From a virus (taxonomy: Duplodnaviria; Caudoviricetes): 39,080 bases of DNA. The stretch covers positions 1-39,080 of IMG/VR virus record IMGVR_UViG_3300030330_004861; one strand, written 5' to 3'. Made by a program: the position numbers and the translations under genes. Below, in pieces: positions 23,278 through 33,727 of this stretch. Each line of letters starts with the position of its first letter. Within the stretch, counting starts at the first letter, position 1. A model generated the notes under the pieces. The model saw nothing but the letters and a program-made list of their open reading frames with translations, was not told where the DNA came from and did no database searches.

Positions 23278-24122
23278 TATCTTTTTCCGTAAAGGGAGCC
23301 TATACCGCTTTGTAGTCGCACTACGCCGCCTTCAGCCATCTGCGCGTTGAAAGCGTCTTCCGCTTCTCGCTCCGCGGCAAGATCTGCTTCCGTCATGGTG
23401 TTATATCCGAGGTTTGAAAAAAGTCCGGTGGGGGCTTCATAGTCAAGGACACCTGCTTGCTTAGCCATTCCCGTACTAAGGCCGGGGAGGCCTAATTGAT
23501 CTGCGATGGCGTTAGCGGCAAGACCGAGACCCGGCACCGTCACGTCCGCCGCCCTTTGAGCGAGGAAAGAAACTAGGCCCATAGGACTTAAATCTAACCC
23601 GGAAAGAGCGAGACCTTTTACGTCGGCGGCGGACATAGTCGGGCCTCGTTGTTCGACGGTAGGAAAGGCTGGATCCTCTACGTTTAGCGACAAACCCAGC
23701 TTGTCTAGTCCAAACTCATCAATGCGGCCCATGTCAAACGCGTCTTGAGCGGCGCTGGCAAGACCTGCTTGCTCAGCCGCCTCCTGTTCAGAAGTCTGAG
23801 CGCCTCCAAACGCGGAGAACCCGGCCACTGAAGCGGCTTCCGCTGCCGCGTTGGCCGCCGCTGCATTAGCGGCCATGGCGCTTGCATCAAACCCAGAAGC
23901 ATCGGCTGCCGCCGCATCGGCTGCCGCCGCAGATGCCGCCTGATCGGTTGCAGACATGCCCACGTCATATCCGGCTTCTTGGCCTTCGCCTCCGCCGCCT
24001 CCGCCGCCTCCGCCGCCTCCGCCGTCGCCTCCAAAGCACCAACGAAACTTATCCTGCCATTCGCCGTCTACTGCGTGGCGGCTTTTCCGGTAAGATCTTT
24101 CAAGTAGCGTGAGCGAATCCAT
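23277..24122 (-). CDS. Gly/Ala-rich putative virion/ejection protein with WCFGG-polyGly motif
   Basis: Low-complexity composition; C-terminal MAEGGVV motif shared with neighbouring virion proteins. Confidence 0.6.
   Translation of the reverse strand: MDSLTLLERSYRKSRHAVDGEWQDKFRWCFGGDGGGGGGGGGGGGEGQEAGYDVGMSATDQAASAAAADAAAADASGFDASAMAANAAAANAAAEAASVAGFSAFGGAQTSEQEAAEQAGLASAAQDAFDMGRIDEFGLDKLGLSLNVEDPAFPTVEQRGPTMSAADVKGLALSGLDLSPMGLVSFLAQRAADVTVPGLGLAANAIADQLGLPGLSTGMAKQAGVLDYEAPTGLFSNLGYNTMTEADLAAEREAEDAFNAQMAEGGVVRLQSGIGSLYGKR
23989..24032. repeat. 9-bp tandem repeat (CCTCCGCCG)x4 encoding poly-Gly
   Basis: Directly visible. Confidence 0.9.
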
Positions 24123-24579
24123 CTTTCTTTCTCTTATCTATTAGCTTGAAGACGCCCGGCGTCCAGCGAGCATGTCCGCCTTTAGCAGGCCGCCGCCACA
24201 AAGCACCGTCCTTCGGATAAACATACAAGTATTTTTCAGTCAGATCATTCTGAACTTTACGTGCAATCTTTGCGGCGTTCTGGTAGGGCGCGATAAAGTC
24301 GATGACCCAAAGTGTTCCCTGTTTGTGGTCCGTGGCCCAATCTTCGGGCTGAAGTTTCCGCGTTCCTTTAATGTAGCCCTCGGATGCGACGTTCGTTAGA
24401 AAGGCGTGAGAGTACATCCCCTCCGGCACCCCTACGTCGTTGTAGAAGATAACCAGACGCTCGTTCCTCATCGCCGGAAAGATCAGTCGCTCAAGATCCT
24501 TGATGTAGAAGTCCCGATGCAACTCAGATAGAAGCATCAGGTCAATCACATCACGGAAGGCTTTCCGGTCGCTAAACAT
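24100..24579 (-). CDS. RTX toxin-activating lysine acyltransferase (HlyC/TAAT family)
   Basis: L..SELHR, PA....L, AFL, LQPEDW...G.LWVIDFIAPY with catalytic S/H/D retained. Confidence 0.85.
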   Translation of the reverse strand: MFSDRKAFRDVIDLMLLSELHRDFYIKDLERLIFPAMRNERLVIFYNDVGVPEGMYSHAFLTNVASEGYIKGTRKLQPEDWATDHKQGTLWVIDFIAPYQNAAKIARKVQNDLTEKYLYVYPKDGALWRRPAKGGHARWTPGVFKLIDKRKKDGFAHAT

Positions 24580-27500
24580 CAGCCTACGTTTCGGCCCGCA
24601 CCAAGTATCGGGTCATCCGGGAACAACGTAGCCAGTCCGGCTCGCTGTTGCGGATTAGCTTGGCCCGTGGGCCGCGGAGCAGGGGCCGCCGGTTGTGTTG
24701 CGGCGACACGCTCTGCCAGAGTCCTGAACTGCGGAACTTGGACCGAGGACTGGTCGCCCAATCCGCGGGCAGGAGCGGGTGGTTGAGTTGTGTTCGGTTC
24801 TGGCGCGGGCGCGGGCGCGGCGTCCGCTTCTCCGATTATTGAAAAATCGTAGCCTAAACCCATGTCCGACAGGTCTTCCTCGCTTATCACACGAGGCGCT
24901 GCCGCCGCAGAACGGGCGAGAGCGTCTGCTCTTTTACCTTTACCGAGATCAAAAAAGCTTCCCACCTGTTTCTGTAGTCTTTTGCCTATGTAACGCAATA
25001 GGCCAAGCTTTTCATCGGGATTTCTAGGTGTCGTTAAAGCAGCCTGAAGAAGAAGATCGTCATCTAATATCTTTTCAATGATGGCGTGTTCTCGCATCAT
25101 TGGTATGTGTTTAGTAATTTTTTCGGCTAGCCGAATTGCTGCTGAGCTTTCAACTATGCCGGTGCCTTGTCCGGGCCTGCCGGGCATCAAATACGCACCT
25201 AAACGAGCCGCGCTTATTCTCATTAAATAATCTTGCAAAAAGCTTGTTTCGGTGGGGTCAACAAAGAGCCCTTCTCGCGCTACGCCGTTTTGAAAAAGCG
25301 CTTGATGCTCAAGCAGTTTTTTATACCTTTCAAGCTCCGGTCTCGTAATAATTTTATTTTCAACCATTACGTCGGACAAGGACTCTCGTCCGTACTTCAG
25401 TCCTTGGTTTTGAGCAAAAAGTAAATTAAACGCTTTGTTAGGATCGAAAGATCCGTCACCACCCGCTCTTACAAAAATATACTCTAATATGTTAGATCGA
25501 AGACCCTGAATAGCTTCTTTTTCGCTGGGTATGTCTCCGTCTCTAGCCGCTATTTTTATGCTGTTAACAATACTTTTGAGTCGTCTCGCGCCTTCTTTAT
25601 CGTTCAAAGCAGACTGAATTGTGTACATAGGCGTATCGGTGCCTAAAGCTGTCCCTAAAGAAAAGTCTTGAGCGACCTCTTGTTTCAAACCGTCAACGTC
25701 ACTTCGCGCTTTCTGAAGAAGCGTCAGGCCGGACTCCCCACCCTTACCTATCAGGTCGTTAATTTCCTTATAATAGTCTTTGCCTAAAATTGTGCGGCGT
25801 GTGCCGTCTTCCGCATCAAGATCTTTTTTGATCTTTTCCAGTGCCGGCAACAACGCCTTGTTTTTTCTATCTTCGTATTCTCTCAATCTTGTATTGAAGG
25901 AAACTTCAGACTCGTTTGCCGCCCTCTCAGGCAGCGGGTTTTTAGCCTCAAAGTTGTCTAGACTTTTTTGAAGCGGCACGACTATGTCCCTAGCTAAAAC
26001 CTCCCTGATAAGGGAGTCTGTGGTCATAACCTCTGTGTCTAGGTTTGCGGCAAACTCCTCTGCGTTGAAAGTAACTTCCCCCCTTTCGTCTGGATATTTA
26101 ATTTTAATGCTGTCTCGCACCCTGTCTGGATCTGCCCCGGGACTAAACAGCTCTTCTTTCTCAAGGCGGTAAGCCGTGTCTTTCAAATACCGACCGGAGG
26201 CTAAAACGTCTTGCACGCGGCCAAGAACCGCTGTGTCATTGCCCTGTAAAAGTTTTAAGCTTACTTCCTCTGGATCAATAATGCTTTCGTCGTAGCCTTT
26301 TTTAGCCGCTGAGCGGCCTAGAACGGTTCGTATTAAGGCGTCATTGAAACCTTTATAAAAATCACGGGCTTCTGCGTATTTAACCCCCGAGTCACCCAAA
26401 GTGTTGTTGATGTCTTCGTAAATGTTCATCTTCAATCTAGCCGCAAGAGCGTATGCCTTGCCCGAACGACCACGTTCTCTTGATGCCCATTCGGTCATGG
26501 ACTCTAGGAAATTTGTAAGTTCTTTAGGATCTACTCCGTCCGGCTGCCCCGCCGCATTTGCGTCTCTTTGAATAGATGCCTGTAAGGATCCTTTTTGAGC
26601 GGTTAAAAGCCTTGTAGCATCCCTAACCGTTTTAGTGCTGCCTTGGCTTGGCATTTGATCGATAATGCTCTGAAGAGCGGCAACATTTTCAGGGGTAGCT
26701 AAGGGCTCCCCTGCGGCGTTTAATTCCAACTTTGGGATAGGAGGGAGTTCACCGGACTCCTCCTCCGCCAGTAGTTGATTTAGCTTTTTCTTATAAAGAT
26801 CTAGGGTTGTTTTTCCTCTTGCGGAGGTGGGCCTGCCTGAGATCTCTATTATTCTTCTTAAACCCTCAACGGGGTTTTCCATTTTATCAAAGTTTCTATC
26901 AAAATCGGCCAAGCTGTTAGGGCCTGCCCGGTTGTACGCGTCGTCAAAAGCGTCGGTTGCTTTTGCGAGTTTAGACCCGGACGCGGACAAGTCCGCGTCC
27001 CCGCTGACTATCCGTCTAAAGAAAGAAAGGCCTTCGCTATCAGAAAGTTCTATAAGACTGCGCTCCAAAAGCTCTTCTGCCTTGGAGATAGGCACAGAAC
27101 CCGGCGCACCTAGCTGAGATTTAAAAAGGTTTATCTGGTCAACTGCTTCTCTGAAAAAGGCGTCTTTTGAAAGACGCGCTATCTGTGTCTCATTAAGATT
27201 AGCCAAAGCATCGTCAAAATCTCTAATAAAACGCGGAAGCTCTATTTCTTGGCCGCCCCTATCAAGAAAAGCGCGAATAGGCGGAGCATCAATAGCCGCT
27301 TCTCGGTACAGACGGCCCGCTATTGCCTTGCCGTATGCAATCTGTGTTTCAAACGCTTTTAACAAAGCGGATGACAAGTCCACCTGTTTTTTTAAGTCTT
27401 GGTCTTCTTGTCCGGCAGAAAATTTAGTTCCCACTCGTCTAGCAGCGTTCATGGCAGTTTCTGCTGCGGAGACTAAATTTTCGGTTGCGGCAACCTCTAG

Positions 27501-29111
27501 CTGGTTTCTTCTAAGTGTAGAAGCAACTTGCATAGCTTCTTTATCACCCGAAGCGGAAAGTATTTTTATCAAAGCGGTTTGGAGACGAACAGCGTCCCCG
27601 AACTGTTTATCTCTGTCTTGAAGCCTTTTTTGATTAGTTTCGAAATAGTTTTGAAGCGCAGACAAAGCCGCCGAGCGAACGCGAACACCCGTCGGCAAAG
27701 CGTCTAGAGGGTTTTCTCCGTGAAACTCCGGGCCCAAAATAACATTTAAGGCTTGCCTAGACTCATCGTCTAAGAAATTGTCGCCCTGTCCTATTCTTCT
27801 AGCAACCGCTGTGGGGTCTTCTCCCATCTCCACAAAAAGATCTAAAAGCTTTTGAACAGCTATACGACCTTCCCTTGTTTTTAAAAGATTTTCGTTGTTC
27901 TCCAACCGCTTTCGGTCAAGGAAAGACCGACCACGTTCAATTACGTTTTCGACGCCGCTCACTGCCATACCGGAGACACCGCGGAGGTATTCTTTCGGAC
28001 CAACAAAAAGGGCCCGTGTGGGGCTTATTTTAAAAAGCGTCGGGGCAACTTGTTTTATTGCTTGTCCAGATTTGACGCCGAGGTTTGCCACCGAATAGTA
28101 AGGCAGAAAACCCGAACCCAGTTCAATCAAGGCTCGTTTGACGGGATCGTTTGCAGCCTCAAGCTGGGCGACGCCGGTCCCTGCGGTCAGGGCGTAAGCT
28201 GTTTCTGCCGCACCAAGTTTCCCGGGATTGTTTTTGCCATACCGAGCTAAACGAGGCAGGGCATCGTCAGCAAAAGCGGCAAGCCTTACGGTGCGTGGTA
28301 GCTTTTGGCCTCTGGTTGAAAGCGCTGCCAGTTCTGCGGGACCAATAGTTGGAAGAAGGCTGTTGTTTGCATCTCGAATATTTGCCACAACCCGGCCCGG
28401 CCCCTCCGCCGCCGTTCGAAAAGCAAAGTATTTGCTAGCTTGCGGCAGAAAAGCCGGAATGCCTCCGGTTATCTGAGCCGCCGTGCGAACTCCTTCTAGT
28501 AAGTTTTCCTCACCCGGCAAAAGCCTTTGATTGTCTGGAATCAAATCCTCAATCAAGGGCTGAGTAAGTATGCTAAATCCTATAGCGCCTAGTGCGCCGC
28601 CCGTTAGCCCCGCTACGGGCTTTGATAAAAAACCGGCAGGCGGGAAAAAGGGCGTGGGAACGTAGAGAGGTGCTGCTTGAAAAGCTAATCGTCCGGTTTG
28701 TAAGGCGGCTTGCGTTCCCCCTATTCCTTCGATCAAGCCCTTGCCAGCGGATTTAAGCAGGTCTTCTAGTCCTGCGGCTTCAACACCAGCTAGTTTAGAA
28801 GACAGGTAGTCTCTCTTTTCTGAAGTTGTTTTTTCTCGGTAGGCGTCTCGCTCAGACTCTGGCACGAGAAGGTTAAAAACTTCGCCCTCGCCCGAAAAAA
28901 GCGATATTTCATCAAAACCTGATTTTTGACGATAAAAGGGCATGCCCCCCAGAACATCAAGCGTGTTAGCAAAAAAAGCGTCTCTTTGCTGCTCTACGTC
29001 CGGTTCAACCTCTTCCCCATCTATAATGACCGGGTTTTTTGCCGTCTTTAAAAGAGCGGGCAAAATCTCTGATCTAATGGTGGGGTAGGCAAGAGGGTTT
29101 TCTTCGCTCAC
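24579..29111 (-). CDS. Large putative internal virion/DNA ejection protein (1510 aa)
   Basis: Size, helical composition, position at the end of the structural module; no catalytic motif recognised. Confidence 0.6.
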   Translation of the reverse strand: MSEENPLAYPTIRSEILPALLKTAKNPVIIDGEEVEPDVEQQRDAFFANTLDVLGGMPFYRQKSGFDEISLFSGEGEVFNLLVPESERDAYREKTTSEKRDYLSSKLAGVEAAGLEDLLKSAGKGLIEGIGGTQAALQTGRLAFQAAPLYVPTPFFPPAGFLSKPVAGLTGGALGAIGFSILTQPLIEDLIPDNQRLLPGEENLLEGVRTAAQITGGIPAFLPQASKYFAFRTAAEGPGRVVANIRDANNSLLPTIGPAELAALSTRGQKLPRTVRLAAFADDALPRLARYGKNNPGKLGAAETAYALTAGTGVAQLEAANDPVKRALIELGSGFLPYYSVANLGVKSGQAIKQVAPTLFKISPTRALFVGPKEYLRGVSGMAVSGVENVIERGRSFLDRKRLENNENLLKTREGRIAVQKLLDLFVEMGEDPTAVARRIGQGDNFLDDESRQALNVILGPEFHGENPLDALPTGVRVRSAALSALQNYFETNQKRLQDRDKQFGDAVRLQTALIKILSASGDKEAMQVASTLRRNQLEVAATENLVSAAETAMNAARRVGTKFSAGQEDQDLKKQVDLSSALLKAFETQIAYGKAIAGRLYREAAIDAPPIRAFLDRGGQEIELPRFIRDFDDALANLNETQIARLSKDAFFREAVDQINLFKSQLGAPGSVPISKAEELLERSLIELSDSEGLSFFRRIVSGDADLSASGSKLAKATDAFDDAYNRAGPNSLADFDRNFDKMENPVEGLRRIIEISGRPTSARGKTTLDLYKKKLNQLLAEEESGELPPIPKLELNAAGEPLATPENVAALQSIIDQMPSQGSTKTVRDATRLLTAQKGSLQASIQRDANAAGQPDGVDPKELTNFLESMTEWASRERGRSGKAYALAARLKMNIYEDINNTLGDSGVKYAEARDFYKGFNDALIRTVLGRSAAKKGYDESIIDPEEVSLKLLQGNDTAVLGRVQDVLASGRYLKDTAYRLEKEELFSPGADPDRVRDSIKIKYPDERGEVTFNAEEFAANLDTEVMTTDSLIREVLARDIVVPLQKSLDNFEAKNPLPERAANESEVSFNTRLREYEDRKNKALLPALEKIKKDLDAEDGTRRTILGKDYYKEINDLIGKGGESGLTLLQKARSDVDGLKQEVAQDFSLGTALGTDTPMYTIQSALNDKEGARRLKSIVNSIKIAARDGDIPSEKEAIQGLRSNILEYIFVRAGGDGSFDPNKAFNLLFAQNQGLKYGRESLSDVMVENKIITRPELERYKKLLEHQALFQNGVAREGLFVDPTETSFLQDYLMRISAARLGAYLMPGRPGQGTGIVESSAAIRLAEKITKHIPMMREHAIIEKILDDDLLLQAALTTPRNPDEKLGLLRYIGKRLQKQVGSFFDLGKGKRADALARSAAAAPRVISEEDLSDMGLGYDFSIIGEADAAPAPAPEPNTTQPPAPARGLGDQSSVQVPQFRTLAERVAATQPAAPAPRPTGQANPQQRAGLATLFPDDPILGAGRNVG

Positions 29112-29141
29112 CGGATATCTCCTTGACCTTGACGAAGGTAC

Positions 29142-32100
29142 TTAGAACGGACTGTCATCTGTTTCTCCTTGACCTTCACCTTGCCGCTCCCGAAGAGCTT
29201 CTATGTCAGATTGAGTTGCAGACGTTCTGGAAGCTCTAGTTCCCGGAGGCAGCACATCTGGCATCATAACGAGAGCGTTTTCGATTGCAATCTCAGCGTT
29301 CTGAAGCTGCGTTGTAACCGCTTTTTCTAAATCACCTTCTGCTAACTTTCTTCGAATGTTTACCAATTCAGACTGCAAGCTATCTTTAAATATACGAAGC
29401 TTGCCAAGTTCGATCCGACCTGTTGTCAAAAAAGCGTCTACGTCAGGAAGCAACAAGGCAAGTCTGCTTTGCTCTCCTTCTGCAAACCTTGGGCTGTTAG
29501 CCGCCGCTATACGGTACAGGGTTGCAAATGCCCGCACGTAGTTTCGAGACTCTTCCAGTTCTGGGAAAAGGGTGGGCTGATAAAAACCAAGAGTACCTAC
29601 GGCGGCGACACCCCCAGCCACTTTTCCGAAAATACTTTTAACTCTGGCGTATGCTCCAGTGGCTGACCGAACAGCTTCAGAAATACTTAAAGCATTTCGG
29701 AAATGGTCTCTTTCTCTTCCGGCTTGGAAAAACGCGGCTCTACCGTCATCGCCGAGGCCGCGGCCCTCTCGTAAAGCTCGTATGTTATTAATGTGCAGTT
29801 GGCGACGGTTTTCTCTTTGGGTTAGATCATCTATCGCGTTCAGTTCTGCTCTGAAGGTTCTATCAACATAGGCCTCTACCTGCCGGTCGCTCTGGAAGTT
29901 GTTTTGGAACTGGTCTCCAAGTCGCTCAAGAACGGTCTGTTGATAAAGGTCTCTACGCTTCTTCCTCTGCTTCGCTTTTTGCGAACTGTCGTAAGCAGTT
30001 TCGCCGGAAATGTCTATGTAACCGGCCTGAACACTGTCGGGGACAACTTGATTAGTTCTTAGGTCCGTCCAACGCTCCTCGCCTTTTTTCCTACGCAGCG
30101 TAAATACGTCTTGTGTTCGGCTGTTAACAAATGTTGCAAATTCAAATTCATCGGGCTTCCCTACCGCACCCTCTATAACAACTTGGCGACCCTGTGGATT
30201 ATCATCGGTTGGCGGGTACACAAACGCCAGCCGCCCGTCTGCTAGCGTCTTGATGTCGGGGTCGCCGGGGATAACAGCCTTGTATTCGAAATCCCCGTTT
30301 TCGTTGGCTTTTAGCTGATAAAGGCCACCGTTGATTTCTTGGAGCCGTGTCGGTCCTTTACCCGTGAAAACAGGCTTGTATGATCCCGGGACGATGCTGT
30401 TGTCGGCGTTTTTGGCGAACTGAAGGATTATGTCTTCGCCAAACGCCCCTTTAACGGTAACTGTGCCGTATTCTCCGGACAGCGTATAGCTGTTCGGTTC
30501 GCCATCCGGTCCCGTCCCTTCTTTAACGGCACCCGTTTTTTGGTTGACAAGAGAAACCTGAGTCGTGCCGTCTCCAAGTTTACGCGTTTGCCATTTAAAG
30601 GCAGGCTGTGAAGTTATTACATTGCCGCCACCCGGTCCTTTAAGGTAGACGACTTTCTTATTCGGCATACTAAGAGCGCCTATTTTAGTGCCGTCCCCCC
30701 TCTCTATTTCAATAGGAGTGCCTTTTGGGTTGCCAGTTACAACAAGCTTGCCGCCGTCCTTAACGGGCTCAGTGACAGTGACGGTCTTAAAATCCCATCG
30801 CCCCTCCGTAAGCGGCTTATCCTGAGTTCCCTGTAGTCTTAACGTGGTTTGATAACGAACTTTAGTACCGTCTTTCTGCTCTACATCAAAAAAGCTGGTC
30901 TTTCCTTCTACGCCCGCTTTATGTTTCCGCCAATCTTGTATGTTTTGAGCGGCCCTTTTCTGTGAGGCCATACGCTCTTTAGCCTTTGCGGCAGCTATAG
31001 CAGCCTGCCTGTCGTTCTCTGCTTTACGCGCCGCGGTTATTTCGGTTTCAGTTGCTGTAATGGACGCGAGCTTGAGTGCGCGGTCCGAGGCCCGTTGCGC
31101 GGCCCTCTGCTTCGCTATCAAATTAAGAGTGTTCTGACCAAGCCCTGTTTCAGTAGCCGCCCGCCCGGCTTGAGCCAACAGGTTTTCGCCGACTTTCGGG
31201 GCCTGCATCAGAGAGAACCCGAACTTTGCCAGATCCTGAAAGAACTGTGCCTGCGCCAGATCCCTGTCTTCCTCCGCACCCGTATCGCCCATCAAAGCCT
31301 TGTACTGTGCAAGTCGAGCAGCGGCAGTGGGGCCGAAGTCTGGAACGGAAGACGCTCTTGCAGCCGGAGCCGGAGCCGGAGAAACATCGGGTAAACTTGC
31401 AGCGGCGTCTATATAACTAGCAGCCCCCACCAGTTTTTTCGCTTCATCTGCGGGTAAATCCTGCAAACGAAGCGGAAATCCAAACTGAGTCGGCCCTAAA
31501 GCTGCGGGATTTACATTAAAAGTATCACCCCCGTTAGAGAAGCGGCGGACCTCGCCGCCCTCGCTAAAATTTACAGGGGGCACTCCCCCTTCCGGGGGTG
31601 GCGCTGCCGCCATCTGCATTATGCCTCCGGCCATGTCGCCCGATACTGGCACGTTCATAGCGCCCTGCGCCATCGGGCCAATACCGCCGGTATCGACCTC
31701 GGTCTCCTGTGTTCCTTCAGCACCCAGCATCAGCATCACCGGCTGCACCAGAGCCAGAACCGAGTCCGGCGTCTCTGCGGCATCTTCCGGGCCAACGACC
31801 GCTGCCAGTTCGCTGCGGCGCTCTTCTTCCGAGGCCCGTGTTCCGCGGACCGCGTCCATCATGCCTTCAAGCGTGTCTGCCTGTTCAGGGTCGCTGAAGT
31901 TGTTAGCCGCGCCCTCTAGTATGGCTACCACGTTCGGGTCCATTTGCGCGGCGATACCAGCCGCGTCCATAGATCCGAGGTCCGCGGGAGACGGAGCGCC
32001 CATCGCGGCCATCTGATCCATAGGCATATCAGGCACCGGACCGCCTGTTTGCAGGCCAATGTCGGCTAAGGGGTCCACCGTTTCTGAGGAGAACCGGCCA

Positions 32101-32726
32101 CTGGGGTTAGGCGCAAGCTCCCTAATCTCAGCGTCTGTAAAATCCTTGTCGCTTAACATCATTCGGTAAGCGTTGTTTATTTCAACCTCGTTTAAGGGGT
32201 TGGGTGCTGGGGACAGGTCCGACTGAAATATCCTGTTCAAACGCTTTAGCATGTCTTTCGTTACTTCAGGACTCTCGTCTGTTAAGGGCTCTCCGGGTTG
32301 TCTTGTTGGCCCCGGAGGCGGAAAAAAATCGGTCATACGTCCGTCAGGCCCTCGTACAACGCCGGGTGCATCTTCACCGATGCCGCCGATAAAGCCGCCT
32401 CCAAATCTCTCAAGAACGTCACGAAACAACGGCACCATCGGCAGTGTTGGAGACATTTCAACGATATCAACAAGGTCTCTTCGGTTCTTCGCAACAAATT
32501 CGGCAGTGCGGCCATCTCTTATTGCGGACTGTAGTTGTCTAGCCAGATAAAACGGAACAAGGTCTTGGTTTAATGACGTAGGAACGCCTCCACCTTCGTC
32601 CATCGGCAGGACGCCGCGACCCATCAGAATATCTTTCTGCGTGACTTTACCGTCGCCGCTGAGATCGGGGAATGCCGCTCCCCCTTTGGCAAACATCTGA
32701 CGGCTCATTACATTTCTATTCATCAT
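29142..32726 (-). CDS. Putative internal virion protein with N-terminal EF-hand-like loop
   Basis: PDLSGDGKVTQKD; multiple xxGG motifs; position. Confidence 0.6.
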   Translation of the reverse strand: MMNRNVMSRQMFAKGGAAFPDLSGDGKVTQKDILMGRGVLPMDEGGGVPTSLNQDLVPFYLARQLQSAIRDGRTAEFVAKNRRDLVDIVEMSPTLPMVPLFRDVLERFGGGFIGGIGEDAPGVVRGPDGRMTDFFPPPGPTRQPGEPLTDESPEVTKDMLKRLNRIFQSDLSPAPNPLNEVEINNAYRMMLSDKDFTDAEIRELAPNPSGRFSSETVDPLADIGLQTGGPVPDMPMDQMAAMGAPSPADLGSMDAAGIAAQMDPNVVAILEGAANNFSDPEQADTLEGMMDAVRGTRASEEERRSELAAVVGPEDAAETPDSVLALVQPVMLMLGAEGTQETEVDTGGIGPMAQGAMNVPVSGDMAGGIMQMAAAPPPEGGVPPVNFSEGGEVRRFSNGGDTFNVNPAALGPTQFGFPLRLQDLPADEAKKLVGAASYIDAAASLPDVSPAPAPAARASSVPDFGPTAAARLAQYKALMGDTGAEEDRDLAQAQFFQDLAKFGFSLMQAPKVGENLLAQAGRAATETGLGQNTLNLIAKQRAAQRASDRALKLASITATETEITAARKAENDRQAAIAAAKAKERMASQKRAAQNIQDWRKHKAGVEGKTSFFDVEQKDGTKVRYQTTLRLQGTQDKPLTEGRWDFKTVTVTEPVKDGGKLVVTGNPKGTPIEIERGDGTKIGALSMPNKKVVYLKGPGGGNVITSQPAFKWQTRKLGDGTTQVSLVNQKTGAVKEGTGPDGEPNSYTLSGEYGTVTVKGAFGEDIILQFAKNADNSIVPGSYKPVFTGKGPTRLQEINGGLYQLKANENGDFEYKAVIPGDPDIKTLADGRLAFVYPPTDDNPQGRQVVIEGAVGKPDEFEFATFVNSRTQDVFTLRRKKGEERWTDLRTNQVVPDSVQAGYIDISGETAYDSSQKAKQRKKRRDLYQQTVLERLGDQFQNNFQSDRQVEAYVDRTFRAELNAIDDLTQRENRRQLHINNIRALREGRGLGDDGRAAFFQAGRERDHFRNALSISEAVRSATGAYARVKSIFGKVAGGVAAVGTLGFYQPTLFPELEESRNYVRAFATLYRIAAANSPRFAEGEQSRLALLLPDVDAFLTTGRIELGKLRIFKDSLQSELVNIRRKLAEGDLEKAVTTQLQNAEIAIENALVMMPDVLPPGTRASRTSATQSDIEALRERQGEGQGETDDSPF

Positions 32727-33727
32727 CCGAATAATCCTGCTTTACTGGCTCCCGCAAGTGTACTGCCGACTGCCGTCAACCCGCCAACAACTTGCTGGAA
32801 GGGCGACGCCTGCGGTACGGAAGCGCCAGTCAGTGACTGTTGCGTGGTGGGTGCGCCTTTGTAAATGTCGCTCAAGAAGCCGATACGCTGGAACGGCTCG
32901 TAGGATTCTTCTATCGCACTCTTACGGGCAGCGTCTATAGCCATCTGGTCCAGTTGACGCGCTCTTTCTCCAAGGTCGAATCCGAAGCTGACATCTTTTT
33001 GGCCGAGGTTCTGGAACACTTCACCAATGCCCGCTTCGCGGAGACCAAGGTTGCTGAATGCCTCGCCCTGACCCAGCGCTGTCCGGGCCAGTGTTTCACC
33101 AGCACCAATATTCAGGCTTCCAATGCCTTGGCCCGCGCTTAGTTGTCGGGCTCTTTGAGCCGAAAGCTGTTGCTGCGCGTTTAGGAAGTTCTGCGCCTGC
33201 GCTTGAGCGAGAGCCTGTGCCCTGTTCCGGTCTATCTCTCTTTCAGCAATCTCGGCGCGACTGCCACCAAACGCGCCTGCGCCCGTGGCCTGTCCCCGAA
33301 CTTGGTTTTGCTGGATGTCAAAGCTGCGGTTTATCTCGTCAGCAAGAGCCTGTTGGAAGGGGTTCATATACTGAGCAAGTTCATCACCGGCAGCGGCCTG
33401 CGCTCCGCCCTGCATCAAGGCGGTGCCCGCTTGTACGCCTCCGGATATCAAGGGTTCGGCCAAGCCAAACGCTGCTTCAGCCGGTACTCGTGCATCGCTA
33501 AGGAGCCCTCGCGCACGGTCTAGATAGGGCTCAAACCCACCGATGCCCGCTGCGGCGCGGTCCTGAGCAACTCGCTGAAGATCTGAAAACTCTGCTACCT
33601 GATAGTCGGGGAGATCGACCGGAGTACCGGAAAGCTCTTGGGCATCTTTAAGAAGCGCCAGCTTAATGGCTTCAATTTCAGGCGCTTCCCGAACAATCTG
33701 TTCTTGAATCTGAGTTGTTGTAGCCAT
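32723..33727 (-). CDS. Putative DNA transfer/pilot protein
   Basis: Gln/Ala/Gly-rich, YMNPFQ, GAFGGSR, hydrophobic Gly-rich C-terminus. Confidence 0.65.
   Translation of the reverse strand: MATTTQIQEQIVREAPEIEAIKLALLKDAQELSGTPVDLPDYQVAEFSDLQRVAQDRAAAGIGGFEPYLDRARGLLSDARVPAEAAFGLAEPLISGGVQAGTALMQGGAQAAAGDELAQYMNPFQQALADEINRSFDIQQNQVRGQATGAGAFGGSRAEIAEREIDRNRAQALAQAQAQNFLNAQQQLSAQRARQLSAGQGIGSLNIGAGETLARTALGQGEAFSNLGLREAGIGEVFQNLGQKDVSFGFDLGERARQLDQMAIDAARKSAIEESYEPFQRIGFLSDIYKGAPTTQQSLTGASVPQASPFQQVVGGLTAVGSTLAGASKAGLFG

Noticed and set aside
24100-29111. RTX toxin operon
   Set aside because: No GGxGxD nonapeptide repeats in the neighbours and no type I secretion genes
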